A stretch of 64,000 nt of DNA from Camelus ferus (Eukaryota), in NCBI RefSeq assembly GCF_009834535.1, contig NC_045707.1, positions 48,362,001 through 48,426,000 of the forward strand, given 5' to 3'. Shown piece by piece: positions 39,500-52,905 of this stretch. Position 1 is the first letter of the stretch. The number at the start of each line of letters is the position of its first letter. The notes below the pieces were generated by a model. The model was not told where the DNA came from. It saw nothing but the letters and a program-made list of their open reading frames with translations, and searched no databases. The position numbers and the translations under genes were made by a program.

Positions 39500-40345
39500 A
39501 GATCATCTATGTCTAAATCCCAGCTCTGAAAGATGATTACTCATTATTCACAATAGCCAAGGTGTGGAAACAACCTAAGTGTTCACTGACAGATGACTGG
39601 GTAAAAAGAATGTGGCATAAATGTACAGTGGAATATTATTGAGTCCTAAAAAATAAAAATATACTGTCCTTTGGGACAACATGGATGAACTTGGAGCACA
39701 TATGCTAAGTGAAATAAGTGAAACAGAGAAAGATAAAAACTGTATGGCACCAATTATAGGGCTGGGTCATGGGGGAAATACGGAGAGGTTGGTAAAAGGG
39801 TACAAAATTTCAGTTATAAGGTAAGTAAGGTCTGAGGATCTATTGTATAACATGGTGGCTAAAGTTGGTAACACTATCATCTAATTAAAATTTTCTATGA
39901 GAGTAGAAATATAATGTTCTCACTGGAAAAACAAGATAAATATGTGAGATGATGAGTGTTAATTAACTTAATGAGGGAAATCCTTTCACAATATTATGTT
40001 AAATCATGTTGCACACTTTAAAAAAGGAATTCCATTTTATATTAAAAAGGAAGTCTCAGAGATTTAAGAATATTTATTTAAAAATATTTCCATCATGCTT
40101 CCTGCCAAAAGTAAAATGTGATTCAAAAGGCAAAATAGATAAATAAAAAATAAATAAAAGATGCTTACTAGCTGTGCAACTTCAGGGAGCTCACTAACCT
40201 CTGTGCCATCATTTTCACATTTGTAACAAGGGTTAACAACAATATTTACATTTAAGGATGTTTTGAGGTTTAAATAAATTTATATTTGTGGAATGCCTAA
40301 GTGTTGCTTAGTATATAGAAAGTGCTCAGGAAATATCAGCTATTA
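39500..40345 (+). mobile_element. MIR split by the L1 insertion
   Basis: tctaaatcccagctctg on the left joins actagctgtgcaacttcagggagctcactaacctctgtgcc on the right. Confidence 0.75.
39542..40156 (+). mobile_element. 5'-truncated L1 (L1MA-like) inserted into a MIR, 13-bp TSD (12/13 match), with non-L1 3' extension
   Basis: cattattcacaatagccaaggtgtggaaacaacctaagtg start; TSD aaagatgattact 39529-39541 and aaagatgcttact 40157-40169. Confidence 0.85.
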
Positions 40346-40348
40346 TTG

Positions 40349-40566
40349 GTGGTTCTCTGATGGGAAAAGGGTTTGATTCTACCCCTCAGGGGACATGGTC
40401 CATGTCTGGAGGCAGTTTTTGTTCCCACAGCTTGGGGAATGCTACTGGAATCTAGTGAGTAGAGGCCAGACATCCTGCTAAACACCCTTCAATGTATGGG
40501 GCGGCCTCCGTGACAAAGAGACATCCAGCCCAAAATGTCAACAATGCTAAAGTAGGAAAACTCGAA
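40349..40566. mobile_element. MER20 DNA transposon
   Basis: gtggttctc...ccctcaggggacat...gctactggaatctagtgagtagaggccag...cccaaaatgtcaacaatgct. Confidence 0.85.
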
Positions 40567-41102
40567 GCCATCACTGACTACTGCTGCTGCTACTACAGCC
40601 AGCACTAGTGCTGTCCTCGTCCTGAGTAATGGAACGTGCTGTAGCCTTTCCTTTTTCATTATTATTGCTGTTGCTGTTTATTGTTTATTTGTATATTTTT
40701 ATTTATTTATTTGTAGTCCCTTCTCAGATAATTATAAAAGCAACTCTTTGGAGTAAGGGGAATTTAACGGCTACAACTTAAACATAAAAATTGCTTCATA
40801 TGGATAACATGTTGTTAGTCTTCAATTCAGAACAGGACAAAGTTAATTTTGTTAAGAATGCCACCAGAGCTGGTCAGAATCTTAGGTATTAAAATTAAAA
40901 GTGCTATTATTCAATGGCCAATTCAGCATTACCAGTCCCAACATTCAGGGAAATGGCCCTAAACAGAAGCGGACATGTTCACTCTTTGGTAGACTAAGGA
41001 TAATTTATTTGTGTAAAACTCAACTTCTTCGAAGTTATTGATATCACTGATGGTCTAAAATATGAGGTTATATGATTTTCTCTAATTTCTGAGTTCAGCT
41101 TG

Positions 41103-41435
41103 TGTATTTGTCTGCTCTGGCTGCCATAACAAAATTTCACAGACTGAATGGCTTAAACAGCAGAGATTATTTTGTTACATTTCTGAAGGCTGTAAGTCCA
41201 AGATCAAAGTATCGTTAGGGTTGGCTTCTGGTTGAGAATGCCCTTCCTGGCTTCTCACCATGTCCTCACATGACCTTTCCCCTTAGAAGGACACAAGTCC
41301 TATTGGATTAGGGCCCCACCCTTATGACCTCATTTAACCTTAATTACCTCCTTAGAGGCCCTATCTCCAAATACAGTCATATTAAGAGCTAGGGTTTCAT
41401 ACGAATTTGGCGGGGGGCAAAATTCAATCTATAAC
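41103..41435 (-). mobile_element. MaLR LTR (MLT1A/B-like)
   Basis: ggctgccataacaaaatttcacagactgaatggcttaaacagcaga...ggattagggccccacccttatgacctcatttaaccttaattacctc. Confidence 0.9.
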
Positions 41436-42229
41436 TGTGTGCTCAAGGGATGAAAACAGAAAGAGAGAGGAAAGCAAGGAGTGAGAGAAGAAAATTGTAT
41501 TCCACTCCATTGTAATCTCTTTCTCTCTTTGGGACTAATTAGAGCTCGGAATTTTATTGGAAAGCTGTTTCAAATTTTGCATGTTGTAGTTAATTAACTC
41601 TGAAGAAAATTCCTCAGGTTTACATTTCTGTGCATAGTGTTACTCGTTCTTATTAGTCTGAGTATTAAACATGAGGAGAAAAATGCTCACATTTAAAAAT
41701 ATGTACAAATGTATACCATATCTACATTTTTTCATTGTGGAACACTGTTCATGTTATTAAGTAGAATGTATGTGAAGAAGTTTCTAATATTTTGAAAGTC
41801 TCACACTGACTTTAGTTTGAACAAAGCAGTATTCACTACTTAGTTTTGACATTTTGTCCTCAGCAAAACAAAAAATGTTAACTGAATTCCTATGATCTGT
41901 TGTTACTAGCGAAAAAAATTGTCAGGCTTTGAATGTGACTTTGGATAATCTTAAGAAATATCTTAAGTATAGTTTAAGGTCTAGTTTCCTCTGATCTACA
42001 GATTGGTAATTTGTTGGAAAATATCAGGTCATTTTTGGCTTTCTAACTAAGTTACCAAAATTTCTACCCTCAGCTTTCTTCCTTCATCTTGCCTTTCTCC
42101 CATTTTTATTGGGATAAAAGTCTGCATTATCTGAATTTGGAAATACCCTAGAGAAAAATTTCTTTACAAGAAATTATAGAAGAAGAGGTCTACACTACCT
42201 GATTCATAACATTGTATAAACTCCCTCTT

Positions 42230-42776
42230 TCAAGCCTGAGGAATATCTCTCCAGTCTGATCCTCCATGATCTTTCATGGATGATGGCAAAACCTCTGTAA
42301 ATGAACAAGAGCCCTCTTAGATACAATTCCCCTGTTGCCTCCCTACCCTCATCCACTTCAGTTCATTCTCCACTGAGACATTTTCTCAAAGGGTAATGCA
42401 GATCAACTTCTCCCAATGCCTACAACTCTTCAAAAGGTTTAGGACAAGATCCAAACCCCAGTCTTTATGTGGTGCCTCCTTTCCCTCATATTGGCCTTGA
42501 CACAACTCCCATCTCTCCTGACAGTTGTTTCTCAACCACCCTGGTTAAAGCACCGCCCCAGTCTCCATCAAGCCAATCTCTAATTCTTGCCCTATTTTAT
42601 TTTTCTTTGTAAAATATGCCTCTCTTTAAAATCTATATATACATTTATTCTGTTTCATGTGTATATTGTCATTTTTACCCCATTATAATCTAGGTCCATC
42701 AGGGCAGAGCTCTTTGTCCATCACATACATTGTTTTACCTCTATGCCTGGTTCAGCACTGGCGTATCAGAGGTGCT
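42230..42776 (+). mobile_element. L2 3' region; tail interrupted by an MLT1 LTR
   Basis: ccatcagggcagagctctttgtc...tgcctggttcagcactggcgtatcagaggtgct, resuming at actcaacaaa near 43251. Confidence 0.55.
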
Positions 42777-43250
42777 TGCATTAGTTTTTTTTATTCCTAT
42801 GCCGTACACTGCCATAGACAAATTGCCCTAGGCACTAAAATAACTCAAATTTATTATGTCATGGTTTCATAGATCAGAATTCCAGGCCTGGCTAAGCTAG
42901 ATTCTCTCCTTAGGCCCTCATCAGGCTGAAACCAAGCTATCAACTGGACTGTGCTATTTTCTGAAGCTGGGAATCTTTTTTCAAGTTTACTTAGCTGTTG
43001 GCAGAATTCAGTCTGATGTGGTTCCAGCCCAAGACCCCTGCTTTTTAGCTAGCTGTTGACCAAGGGCTGCTCTCAGCTCCTAGAGGCCTTAGCAGTTCCT
43101 TTCCCATGGCCCCCTCTATGGGACGTGTCATACTTTGAACTTCTCTGACTTCTGTTGCTGACCACTATCACCTGATTAGGCCAGGCCCACCCACACTCAA
43201 GGATTGTGCAACATGTGCACCCCAGGAGGCAGGTATCTTGGGGGTCATAT
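42777..43250 (-). mobile_element. MaLR LTR (MLT1E-like)
   Basis: caaatttattat...aggctgaaaccaag...gttggcagaattcagt...gattaggccaggcccaccc. Confidence 0.8.
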
Positions 43251-44019
43251 ACTCAACAAATTCTAAATTTACTAAGTGGCACCACTCCACCTCTGCAACA
43301 AATCTCTGAAACTGCAAAAATAAAGATAGGAAAGAAGTATTCAGTTTGGACTAACATGCATTGTTTGCTGTGGTTCTTTTGTTTGCTTTAATCTAATGCT
43401 ATATATACCTTCCCATAACTAAATTTTTAGCAGCCAACTTTGTTAGACTCACAAATGTGATTAACCAGAATTTGGTTAACAGTTTAGGGGCATACTTGTT
43501 CATACCTAACTAGCCTTCAAATAGAAAATGTAATTTGGTTTCTCCTCTTAAACTACTTTCTTAATTCAGTGCTTATTTTATGTTTTCCTTCAAATGGTTT
43601 ATGATTTTTTTGATGAGAATTTAGAAGATATCATTAAATAGGTTGTCATCCTGACATTTCATTTTACCCTTTATCTAATGTTTTTTCTCCAAAACAGAAA
43701 AAAAAAAAAAACACTTTTCTTCCTAGAATTGATTATTAATATGTTTTTATCATGATAGTCAGATAGTAAATAAGAAAGAGCAAGGTCTTTGGTCTTACCA
43801 GTCTGTTTGAATTTTGACTTTATTCTTTGTACGTTGTATCATCATGAGAAATGTACTTCTCTTCCCTCTTTGTTAGCCTATCAGTAAAATGCAGATAATA
43901 ATATTTAACTCAAAAGACTGGTGCAAAGAGTAAAGAAATAAATTGTCTGTAAAAGCAGCATACAGCAGGCATTCACAGGTAGAAAATATAGATATGGGTA
44001 ATATTACCCTAAATACTTA

Positions 44020-44150
44020 TTTAAAAAGCAGATCCCCATGCTTTTGCCCAGACCTACCAGGTTAGATACTCTAGAACAGGGATCCAGGAATCTACATTTT
44101 AAACAAACACCTCAAGTTGTCAGTAGTACACTAATGCCTGAAAACCAAAG
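44020..44150. mobile_element. MER5-type DNA transposon fragment
   Basis: cccagacctacc...ggatccaggaatctacattttaaacaaacacctcaag. Confidence 0.65.
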
Positions 44151-45649
44151 AAAGGGAATTACACAAAGAATTCATTAGACAGAGATAATGTGTATTTTTA
44201 ATGTATTTAAAGTATTAAAAATATTTTTCTGCTTTAAAGATATAATCAACTACATAAAATGCTAAGCTTGCATCTTGTTAAATTCTGTGTATTGTATGTC
44301 AGCTCACATTATACTGAAATACATATTGCACAGTTTAAGAATCTTATTTTTGCTTTTTCTCCAGATATACTGCAAACTGAAATTACTTTATCCCTCCCAA
44401 CCTCCAATGGCTTAGAGTTCTGTCTCTGTTTTCAAAGAACAATATTCAAGAAGACAAACAATATTCACATTTGATTCTTCATTTTCAAGTTATGAATATA
44501 GGCTTATTTCTCTGTATTTATGTTTGGTCTTTCAATCAGAAGCAAAATGATAATGTTTATAAATTAAATATGTCTTACAGAAATATTTTTGGAACAAAAA
44601 ATCAAGATGTGGTTAAAATGAATGGAGACAATTGGAGAGAGTATTTGACTATTGAAAACCAGTGCATCCTGAAAAATCAGCAACAATCCTGAAGTTCACT
44701 AAATGTCCACATGCCTAATTATACTTCTGAATAAAGAATAAGATAAAGCTTTTAGATTTTTCTCTTTAAGGGTTTCACATTTCAACTGTTATCAGTTAAA
44801 TTCAGAAAACTGTCCCTTCTTTTCTGTACACCCACCCCCACCCCGACCTTGAACAATCTCTAGCTCTTGGTTTGATTATAACCATATGCAGTGATAGTCT
44901 TTACTGGGATGGAAGCAGCTCATGGCAGTGCAGTGTAACTGAAGCTCATAAAAAGCTTTATTGCCATTGTTCTTTGAAACTGGAAGGGAATGTGTCCCGT
45001 CTTCCCACTGTGTTTCATCAGCCCAGCAAATTGTATCTTTTCCCCTCACGAGGAGCTGTGTCACCCCTAGATGCGTTTCGAAAGCACAATTTGAAGATAA
45101 TGAGACAAATACTGGACACAACATGCTTCTGACAGAGGGCACTTAGTGTAAGCTTGTGGAAGAGAACTACTTTGGCCCAAGGCTGCAGCTTTAGTTTAGC
45201 TTCCCTCACTTTGAGACCTGGATGGTCCAGCCTCTCAGATTTAGGACATGCCAATATACAGATAAAAAATTACACTTCTAAAATGAAAAATGCCATTTTG
45301 GAACTTTGAGTGGCATGTGGCTTTGTTCTTGGATGGCAGTTACTTACGTAGGTTAGGGTGTTTACATGAGTGCTGAGGGTTTAAAGTTAAACATCCGCCC
45401 AATACCCCCCTCCCCCCACAAGTATTGCTTCTTTTGGCTTTAAATAACTAAAGGACTTTGAACATTTCTTTAGATGCCACAATTTTATACTTAACATTTT
45501 ATCGTGATATTAAAAAGTAGACTTGCCTGGTAACAAGTATGACAAAAGCTATGTAAAAAGCTCATACAAATAATAAAAATAATCTAAATTAATTACAAAA
45601 GGATAGAAAGCATATATAACTGATTTAATATTTATTATATGCCAGGCTT

Positions 45650-45880
45650 TCTACTAAGAATACAGACTTTGGAGACAGAGTTTCTGGGTTCAAATTCTAG
45701 CTCTGGCAGATTACTAGTTGTAGAACTTCAGAGAAGTTCTTTAAAATCTCTAGGCCTTAGTTTCCTCACCTATATAATAGGTATAAAACCAACTGCTTAG
45801 AGCTGTTGTGAAGAGTTAATACATGTACAGTGCTTAGAATAGTGTCTACACATCCTAGGTACTTAAAAAAAAACTATTAT
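45650..45880 (+). mobile_element. MIR
   Basis: ctgggttcaaattctagctctg...ggccttagtttcctcacctat...gtgcttagaatagtgtct. Confidence 0.8.
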
Positions 45881-46534
45881 CACCAGTGTTAACTATGGTA
45901 ACTATTAATAGCTATTATCATTAATTAATTAATAACTCTAAGTATTAATAACTATTTTATTTATTATTAGTGATAACTTTTACCATTAGAGATAAGTTAT
46001 AGTTACTTATAACTATGATAAAGATAATGCTTTATTTTTATTAATTTAAGCATCATCTATTCTAATTTCACAAAAATCTTTTTAACTCTGCTTCTAGTTT
46101 CCCCTTACACAGACGCTTGAGCATACAAAGCCCAAAAGGAAGAAAAATTGCCTGATACTGTATGATCAAAAAATTGGCAGTACTGGATAGAAGTTGTCTA
46201 ACTCTAGAAGTGTGATGCATTTCATAGTTTTACCTCTGAATGTAACCAAATAATTCAAAAACAAATTTGAATAGGCAACTATCATTTATTGAGCCTCTGT
46301 CCTGTGTTGGGGCTGTGTTCCCACTGAGCCATCTTGGAGCAGATTTTCAGCTGGTTTCATTTAGTATCACATGAATGTGTGGGGCAGGGGTAGAGAGGGA
46401 AGGTTCCTCCCAAACCTCTGCCAACCCCCAACCCCCAACCCCCAGCAGTGTTTTCTGCAAGGACCTGTGAGCATCCCAGGATACTGAAAATGGTAAGCCA
46501 TATAGGATCCAAGCAATGTTCAAAGACAAGAGAT

Positions 46535-47780
46535 TCATTCATTCATCCCTTCATTATCAAACTGAGTGGCTACTAGGTACCAGATGTCGTTCCAGACAAA
46601 AAGAACAGCTCTGGAAAAGACAAAAAAAATAAGTTTTCTGCTCTCCTGGAGCTTGCTACCGAATAGAGAAGACAGACAACAATCAAGCAAAGGAATACAC
46701 CATGAATATTTATTAGTGTGAAGAGCTAGACTGTGTGTGAGGGAGAATAATTGGGTGGTTATTTTGAATCTAGTAATCAAGAAAGGCTCCTTTGAACATT
46801 TAAGTTGAGATCCCGAGTAACAAAAAAGAAGTAGCTATGGAAAGATGAAAGGAACATGCATTCTGGGATGAGAGAAGAGTCAGAGAAAATACTCTAAGAT
46901 GGGAAGTCTTGGAATTTTTAAGAAATTGAAAAAAAAAAAAAGTATGGTAGGGGGATAGTAGACTAGGGGGACAGAGATACGAAACAAGTTCAGAGAGGTA
47001 GGTGGGGCCAGAGTAAAGAGGGCTGGATAAGCGAGGGCAAGACAGTTAGATATTACTAAAGGAATAATATGATCTGATTTACTTTAAATAACTTTGAGCT
47101 TATCTCTTGGCTTCTTTTGGTTTAGTTTCACCACACATTAAATGAGAAAGAGTAATCTTCAAATCCCTTTTAGATCCAATGTTAGGTATAATTCTGTTTT
47201 AGATTCTGGACAGAAACTAACATTCATTTGCTGACTACGATCTCCCAGGAGTTTGAGGAAAACACAGTGGGGAGGTAGCCTAAATTGGATCCATCACTTA
47301 GATTCAAGGATGGATCAAGGCTGCTAGGATTGTATTTGAACTGGCGCACTAGCTTTCTTCTAGAAGAGAAGTCAGTCTAAGAGCCCAGACAACAAAACCT
47401 TAGTTGTGTGTGTTGGGAACTGGGAGCTACTCTCAGGTAGCAGGGGCCTGGTGGGAGATAGAAACACCTAGTGGGAGCAGCTCATCTACCAAAAACACTT
47501 ATTGCTCACTTCTTTAGACCTGTGTTAGGCACTACTTTGGACACTGAGGATATCATAGTATCAGATAACAATTGCTGCACTAGGTGTCTTCTAGAAGGGA
47601 AGTTACCCTAAGAGCTGACCTCGGATAATATTGCTGACCTCATAGAACATATCTAGGCAGTTAACAAACAAGTACATCTATGGTATATCAGATGATGATA
47701 GACACCACAAAGGAAAAACAGAAAAGGGTTAGCAGGGTGGGTCAAACCATGTTATTTTCCATCAAGGAAGTTCTCAGTGT
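46535..47780 (-). mobile_element. L2 fragments (two segments)
   Basis: ttcattcattc tail; acatttaagttgagatccc; cttattgctcac...ctgtgttaggcact. Confidence 0.65.
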
Positions 47781-48659
47781 GAAAGGGACTGACAGTTTTA
47801 TCAAACCAAAGTCTGAATAAATGTGGCTGGTGGACACTTGATCCTCCAAGACCTGATCACAGCATGTGTTTGTTTCATATTTATGATTCCAAAGACCATA
47901 TAACCGTCTGATTACAATGTTGCCTCAGTCATGGTATATGCAACACAGCATGTCAAATAATTAAGTTGTAGGTAAGAACAGGAAGAAAATTCTTTTCTAA
48001 ATATTGAAACTTCTGAATCATACAATTCTTCTTCCTAGTTGAACTGAATTATACTACCAAACATAATATTATAAATAGGGACCATACAATGGAAAAAATT
48101 TAAGAACACAGTATCAGGGGTAATCTAGAAATCTGGGCTAGGTGATTGAAAGTCAGATAAGAAACAGCTTACATTTGCTCTTTAATCAGAGACATTCTGG
48201 TGCCAAAACTCTGTTACTGACATTTCATTTTCCCAAACACTAAAGGAATCTTTTCAAATGTTTTCTTTAAAATAGTTAATTCTGGCTCTAGTTCTTCTTG
48301 AATTGATTAAAGAGAATCTTGTTTGAATTTGCTTTAACCTTGCAAGTCAAAATATAAATTGGGTTTTTATCCCGAAAAGAAGAAAAAATAAAAATCATAC
48401 TGCTAGATGTAGGAAGCAGCTCATATAATTGTCTCCTTGAAAATTCCTTAAGTTAGAAACCCAAGAAATTTGAGATTTCCTTAGATAAACAATGACCTGA
48501 TACTGGAATATTAGCAAGGAAATTGGTAATTGCCAGCCTTAGAAGTTTTGATGAGGTGTTTTCTGTGTCACTGTCACTCCCACCTACAATTCAACTCACT
48601 ATCACCTTCTGTCCTGGTTACACAAAAGCTGAGACCGAAAGTATACAACATACAGGAAT

Positions 48660-49090
48660 CATTTAACCGTGTTAGACTTGAGACTCTCATTTCCTATAAT
48701 GAACCTTCTAGTCTCCACTGTGCCACTCAATAGCTGTGAAATCTTGAATTTGTCCTCTCTAGATTATTGTTTCTTCATCTTCAAAATGTTGTTACATATT
48801 ACAAAAATCTCTTTAAACTCCAGGAGCCTTAGGTCTTTATACATAAACTATAAGATGTTTTGCAGGTTGGGAGATATTTAAACACTTCCTGAGTCAGACA
48901 AGTATGCATTTGGATCTTGATTAACTAACTTACTGGTTAGGTTATCTTGGGCTAGTAACTTAGACTGTCTTTGTCCCATTTTTTTCTTTAAAGTGAAGAT
49001 TAAAAATATGACATTCTTTGAAGGGTGAGTGGTAACACACGGGAAGTACTTAGCTCAATGTCCAGCATTTAACAAAAATTCAGTCAGTGT
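48660..49090 (+). mobile_element. Two MIR fragments
   Basis: ctccactgtgccactcaatagctgtgaaatcttg; gttatcttgggctagtaacttaga. Confidence 0.55.
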
Positions 49091-49350
49091 TCTCTTGTGT
49101 TCCCATGTGTCATGCTTCATATTTTCCCAAAGTTTCCTGGTAGAATTTGGCCATAATTGCGTTCACCACATTGCCAAATAGGTTATGGTTTCTGCAGTTT
49201 TATTAGAAAAAACAGCCATTAGAAGTAGTGTTGGAAGAACAACCTGCACCTGTATCTCAGTATTTTTAAGTGTAAAATAAACTTCTTCTTTGGATGGAGT
49301 TGCTAGCTCCACCAGTATTGGCTAGGCATTTGGAAATTTTCTAAAAATAT

Positions 49351-49843
49351 TGTATTTGTTAGCTTTTACTGTGTAACAAACTACTTCTAAACTTAGTGGC
49401 ACACACACACACAAAAATCACTTAATGTCGCCCACAGTTCCATGGGTTGGCTGGTCAGTTTTTCTGGTCTGAGCAGGCTGGGCTGAGCTGTTAGGCTGTC
49501 TTGTGTGTCTGTGTCCCACTGGTATACCTGGCAGTCATCAGGCTGTTGATCAGGGCAGCAGAAGCACCTGGGGTGCCATCTCGCTCTGTCCTCATCTAGC
49601 AGGCTTGCCTGGGCTTCTTGATGCAGTGGTGAGTGCAGTTTCACCGAAGCAACAACAGATGGCAATCCCCAGTGTACACACACACAATTCAGTTCTTAAC
49701 TTATGTCACATTTTCTGTTATCCTACTGACCAAGGCAATTTACATGTCTAAGCCCAGAGTCAATGTCTAGAAGGTACTACCCACCCTGGCCCTGGATAAA
49801 GGAAAGGAAATGATTGTGGCTATTCTGCAAAACATATGCCACA
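49351..49843 (-). mobile_element. MaLR LTR (MLT1F/G-like)
   Basis: tgttagcttttactgtgtaacaaactacttctaaacttagtggc...gcaggcttgcctgggcttctt...aagcccagagtcaatg. Confidence 0.8.
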
Positions 49844-50009
49844 AATGTACATGCTGCACCTGTTAAAGTCAGTATCTCAACATTCCTTTACAAAGTGAAA
49901 TAAGATAATTGCTTAAAAGAGTGAAAAACTTATGGCCATCCTAATATATTTTTTTTAAAAAATCCTACAGCATTGACTCTCTGTAAGTAACCCCCCTTCT
50001 TTTCTGCAG

Positions 50010-50085
50010 ACTATACTCCATAGAATACAAACCAAATTGAAGCAGGATATTCTGGGCTGAGGAAATAAAAAAGAATTTAGGACTA
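50010..50085 (+). other. Candidate short terminal exon
   Basis: Branch-like gtaac plus ccccccttcttttctgcag| acceptor; phase-0 frame TILHRIQTKLKQDILG* ends 50060; AATAAA at 50064-50069. Confidence 0.2.
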
Positions 50086-52214
50086 CTTTTTTCCCCCTTG
50101 ATTTATACCTTAAAAACCTAAGGGATATACAATTTCAAATTGATACTGGCAAAACTCAAGACAGCAGTTGTGCTTTTATATTTTAAAACACGTCTGAAAA
50201 AACACACAGTGAAAAGTATTAAATTACCAATTTGATAGTAAATATTTATGTTTTTCTAATTTATTGTCAATAGTTAAAATGAGAATAAAGATAAGGAAAA
50301 CATTTTTTGGTGTGTGAGTCTCTACTATTCCAATAACGGGAGTAAAAACTATTTTAATAATAGACTACAAGCCTGGCAAAAATAATCTGATGATCTCTCA
50401 GCTTCCTTATACTCCCCCTTCTCCGTCCTACCTTCTGAATGCCTGGCATCATAAATCAAGCAGGGAAACAAAGGAGAGGAAATTTACATGCATTCCATGT
50501 GTTTTGTGTTTCAGACTATTATGCTAATTATATAATAACATTATCCCATTTATTTTCACTTTGAAATATATCATTTGGGATGATAAAAGCTGCTTTACAA
50601 ACTAATATAAGAAGTGGTTCATACTTGGTGTCATGTGCCTTTTAGATTCTCAAACTGTAAGAAGTAAAGCATGTGGCTTAGTGGCTTTTCATGATGACAG
50701 GAGAACGATTATATAAGGACCAGAATCAGATTATTCTTGTGTCTGATGCTATTTCTCAAAAGTCTACAAAAATATGAAATAAATAGGTTTAAGGATATTT
50801 CTTAACAACTTCTTAATAACTCATTCATCAAAAATTTATTTAGCATATATGATATAACAGATATTGTTTAGACACTGGGAGTAAGAGCAACCAACAGTTC
50901 CAATCTCAAAGATTAGAGCATAATGGGATACAAAAATAGTAGCTGGGATTGATTTATTTTTTCTACTTCCTAAAAACATTATTTCAGTAAAAAAATCAGA
51001 GCCAAGTGATCTATCTATCTGATCAATTTGAGGAAAAAAATCCCATAGGACAGAACATAACCCCAGGCCCTATAGCATAAGAGATGAAAGTGATGATAAT
51101 TAAGCAATATCATAATATTTTAATATATCCCTTATTCCAGCAATTTGTATTTCTTTGAAACTCAGGTATTTCAGGCTTAGAATTCCCAGGACCTAGAAAA
51201 AATATTAGATTATTCAAAATCGTGGACAGTAGGGCAGCATCTGTGCTTCTTAATATGCTAACAAAAATCTAAATAATGCTACTCATGAGATCTGTTATCT
51301 ATCATAAATAAGAACTAGACTTATAATAACATCAGAATTATATCTATGAACTGAATTTGACTTCAGTGTAAAAATACAGAGAAAGCAACTAACTTGTGTT
51401 ACTTTGAACAATAATTTTAATATCTAAGTTATAAATTTATTTTGCCAACAAGTTTTTTTTTTTTAGTATAAACCAGCCTCCCCTCTCCAAAGACACTAGA
51501 AATACCTGGGTTTGCTTTATAAATAAAGTAAGGACATGATATCTTTAAATTTACAGTGCCAGAATTTAATTTTGTCTTATAGGGGGCTCAAGGTACTAAG
51601 CTTAAAATACAAGTTATGAAGGATCCCTTGAGGAGGAAGGAAGCATTTTTTTTAGTAGATGGGAATATAGAGATATTGATCTCATTTCTTCTCTTAAATA
51701 TGTATGGGATCTGCCTAAATACTTTTAGAGCAAATTTACCTCAAAAATTATAAGATATAAATGTTCTACTCATTATTATTTAGTGAGGAATGAACATTAA
51801 AGATAAAACATTTCATGAGGAAGGATCGTGATGTAAACCTTGGTGAAAGCAAAATTTGACAATAACATTTTGTTCCTTGCCATGTAGCCTTTAAAGACAT
51901 CTTTATCAGATTGTTAAAGCAACTCACAATCTCAGTGGCTTAAAGGAACACAGATTTATTTCTTGTTCATGTTACATATTCTTTGCTGGTTTGCTAGGAA
52001 TTCTGCTCCACAACATTTGTACTTCATGACTGAAGTCACTTTTCTTGTTAATCTGTATAATACGAGCATGTTCCATGGCATAAAATATTTAATGTCATCT
52101 GTTATGTAGGTATGTTATGCCGTAACTTTCTGAACAAAGCCCCAGTCACTGCATCAAAGATGGTTTCATCGTTTTAGTTAGCTGGTATTCCCATCCTAGT
52201 AAGCAGAGGTTCTC

Positions 52215-52460
52215 CTGTGGTTAAGAGCACAGTCCCCAGGAACCAGATCTCCTGGATTCACAGCCTTGTGTACCAACAGCTACGTGACTGTAGGTAGGCT
52301 ACTCTAACTTCTCATGTCTCAGTGTCTTTACCTGTGAAATATAATTGTGACAATTTCGTAGGGTTACTATGAGAATTAACTGAGGTTGTAGATGTGTATA
52401 AAGTATGTAGATACCTTGGCTGACTCATAGTAAATACCACACATGTATTAGCTAATAATT
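52215..52460 (+). mobile_element. MIR
   Basis: gtggttaagagcacag...ctcagtgtctttacctgtgaaat...gggttactatgagaattaa. Confidence 0.75.
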
Positions 52461-52869
52461 TATGAAGAAAAACAATAGTTACTAGGAGTAGAATTTTTGA
52501 GGGAAAGGTTATATAAACATTAAGTCTTTAAATACACAAAGCAAAGTTGGAATGTAATTTTGAAACTTAGGACCCTACAAATACAATAAAAGTTTCCCTG
52601 AGAAGAACTAAAATTACTCTATGGAATAGAATACATACAGTTTACTAACAAAATGTAGGGAATTGATGAACCTATAAGCTATATGTAGATAGGTTAGAAT
52701 CTTTTCAATAATATTTTCATCCTAAATAGCACCAAATCTACAATCTCCTTTTATTAACTTCCCCTCTACACCCTGGCCTATGTCCCACACTAAACCATAG
52801 GGACATTTGTTCTTTGTTAAAAAGCTTACTTTTGAATCTCAGGCTAACCCCAAAATAAGGCACACTTAC

Positions 52870-52905
52870 TTGTCAGCCCCATCCTCCAGACCTTTCATTA
52901 TTTGA
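52870..52905 (-). other. Candidate 36-nt symmetric exon (xQIMKGLEDGADx)
   Basis: Minus strand: ttcttgcttacttttatgcag|TCAAATAATGAAAGGTCTGGAGGATGGGGCTGACAA|gtaagt; only one of three frames is open. Confidence 0.35.

Noticed and set aside
45870..46050. AT-rich tract with short inverted and direct repeats
   Set aside because: Low-complexity sequence at a MIR tail.
46421..46444. (CCCCCAA)3 telomere-like or G4-like repeat
   Set aside because: Only three units, not the vertebrate TTAGGG repeat; simple slippage repeat.
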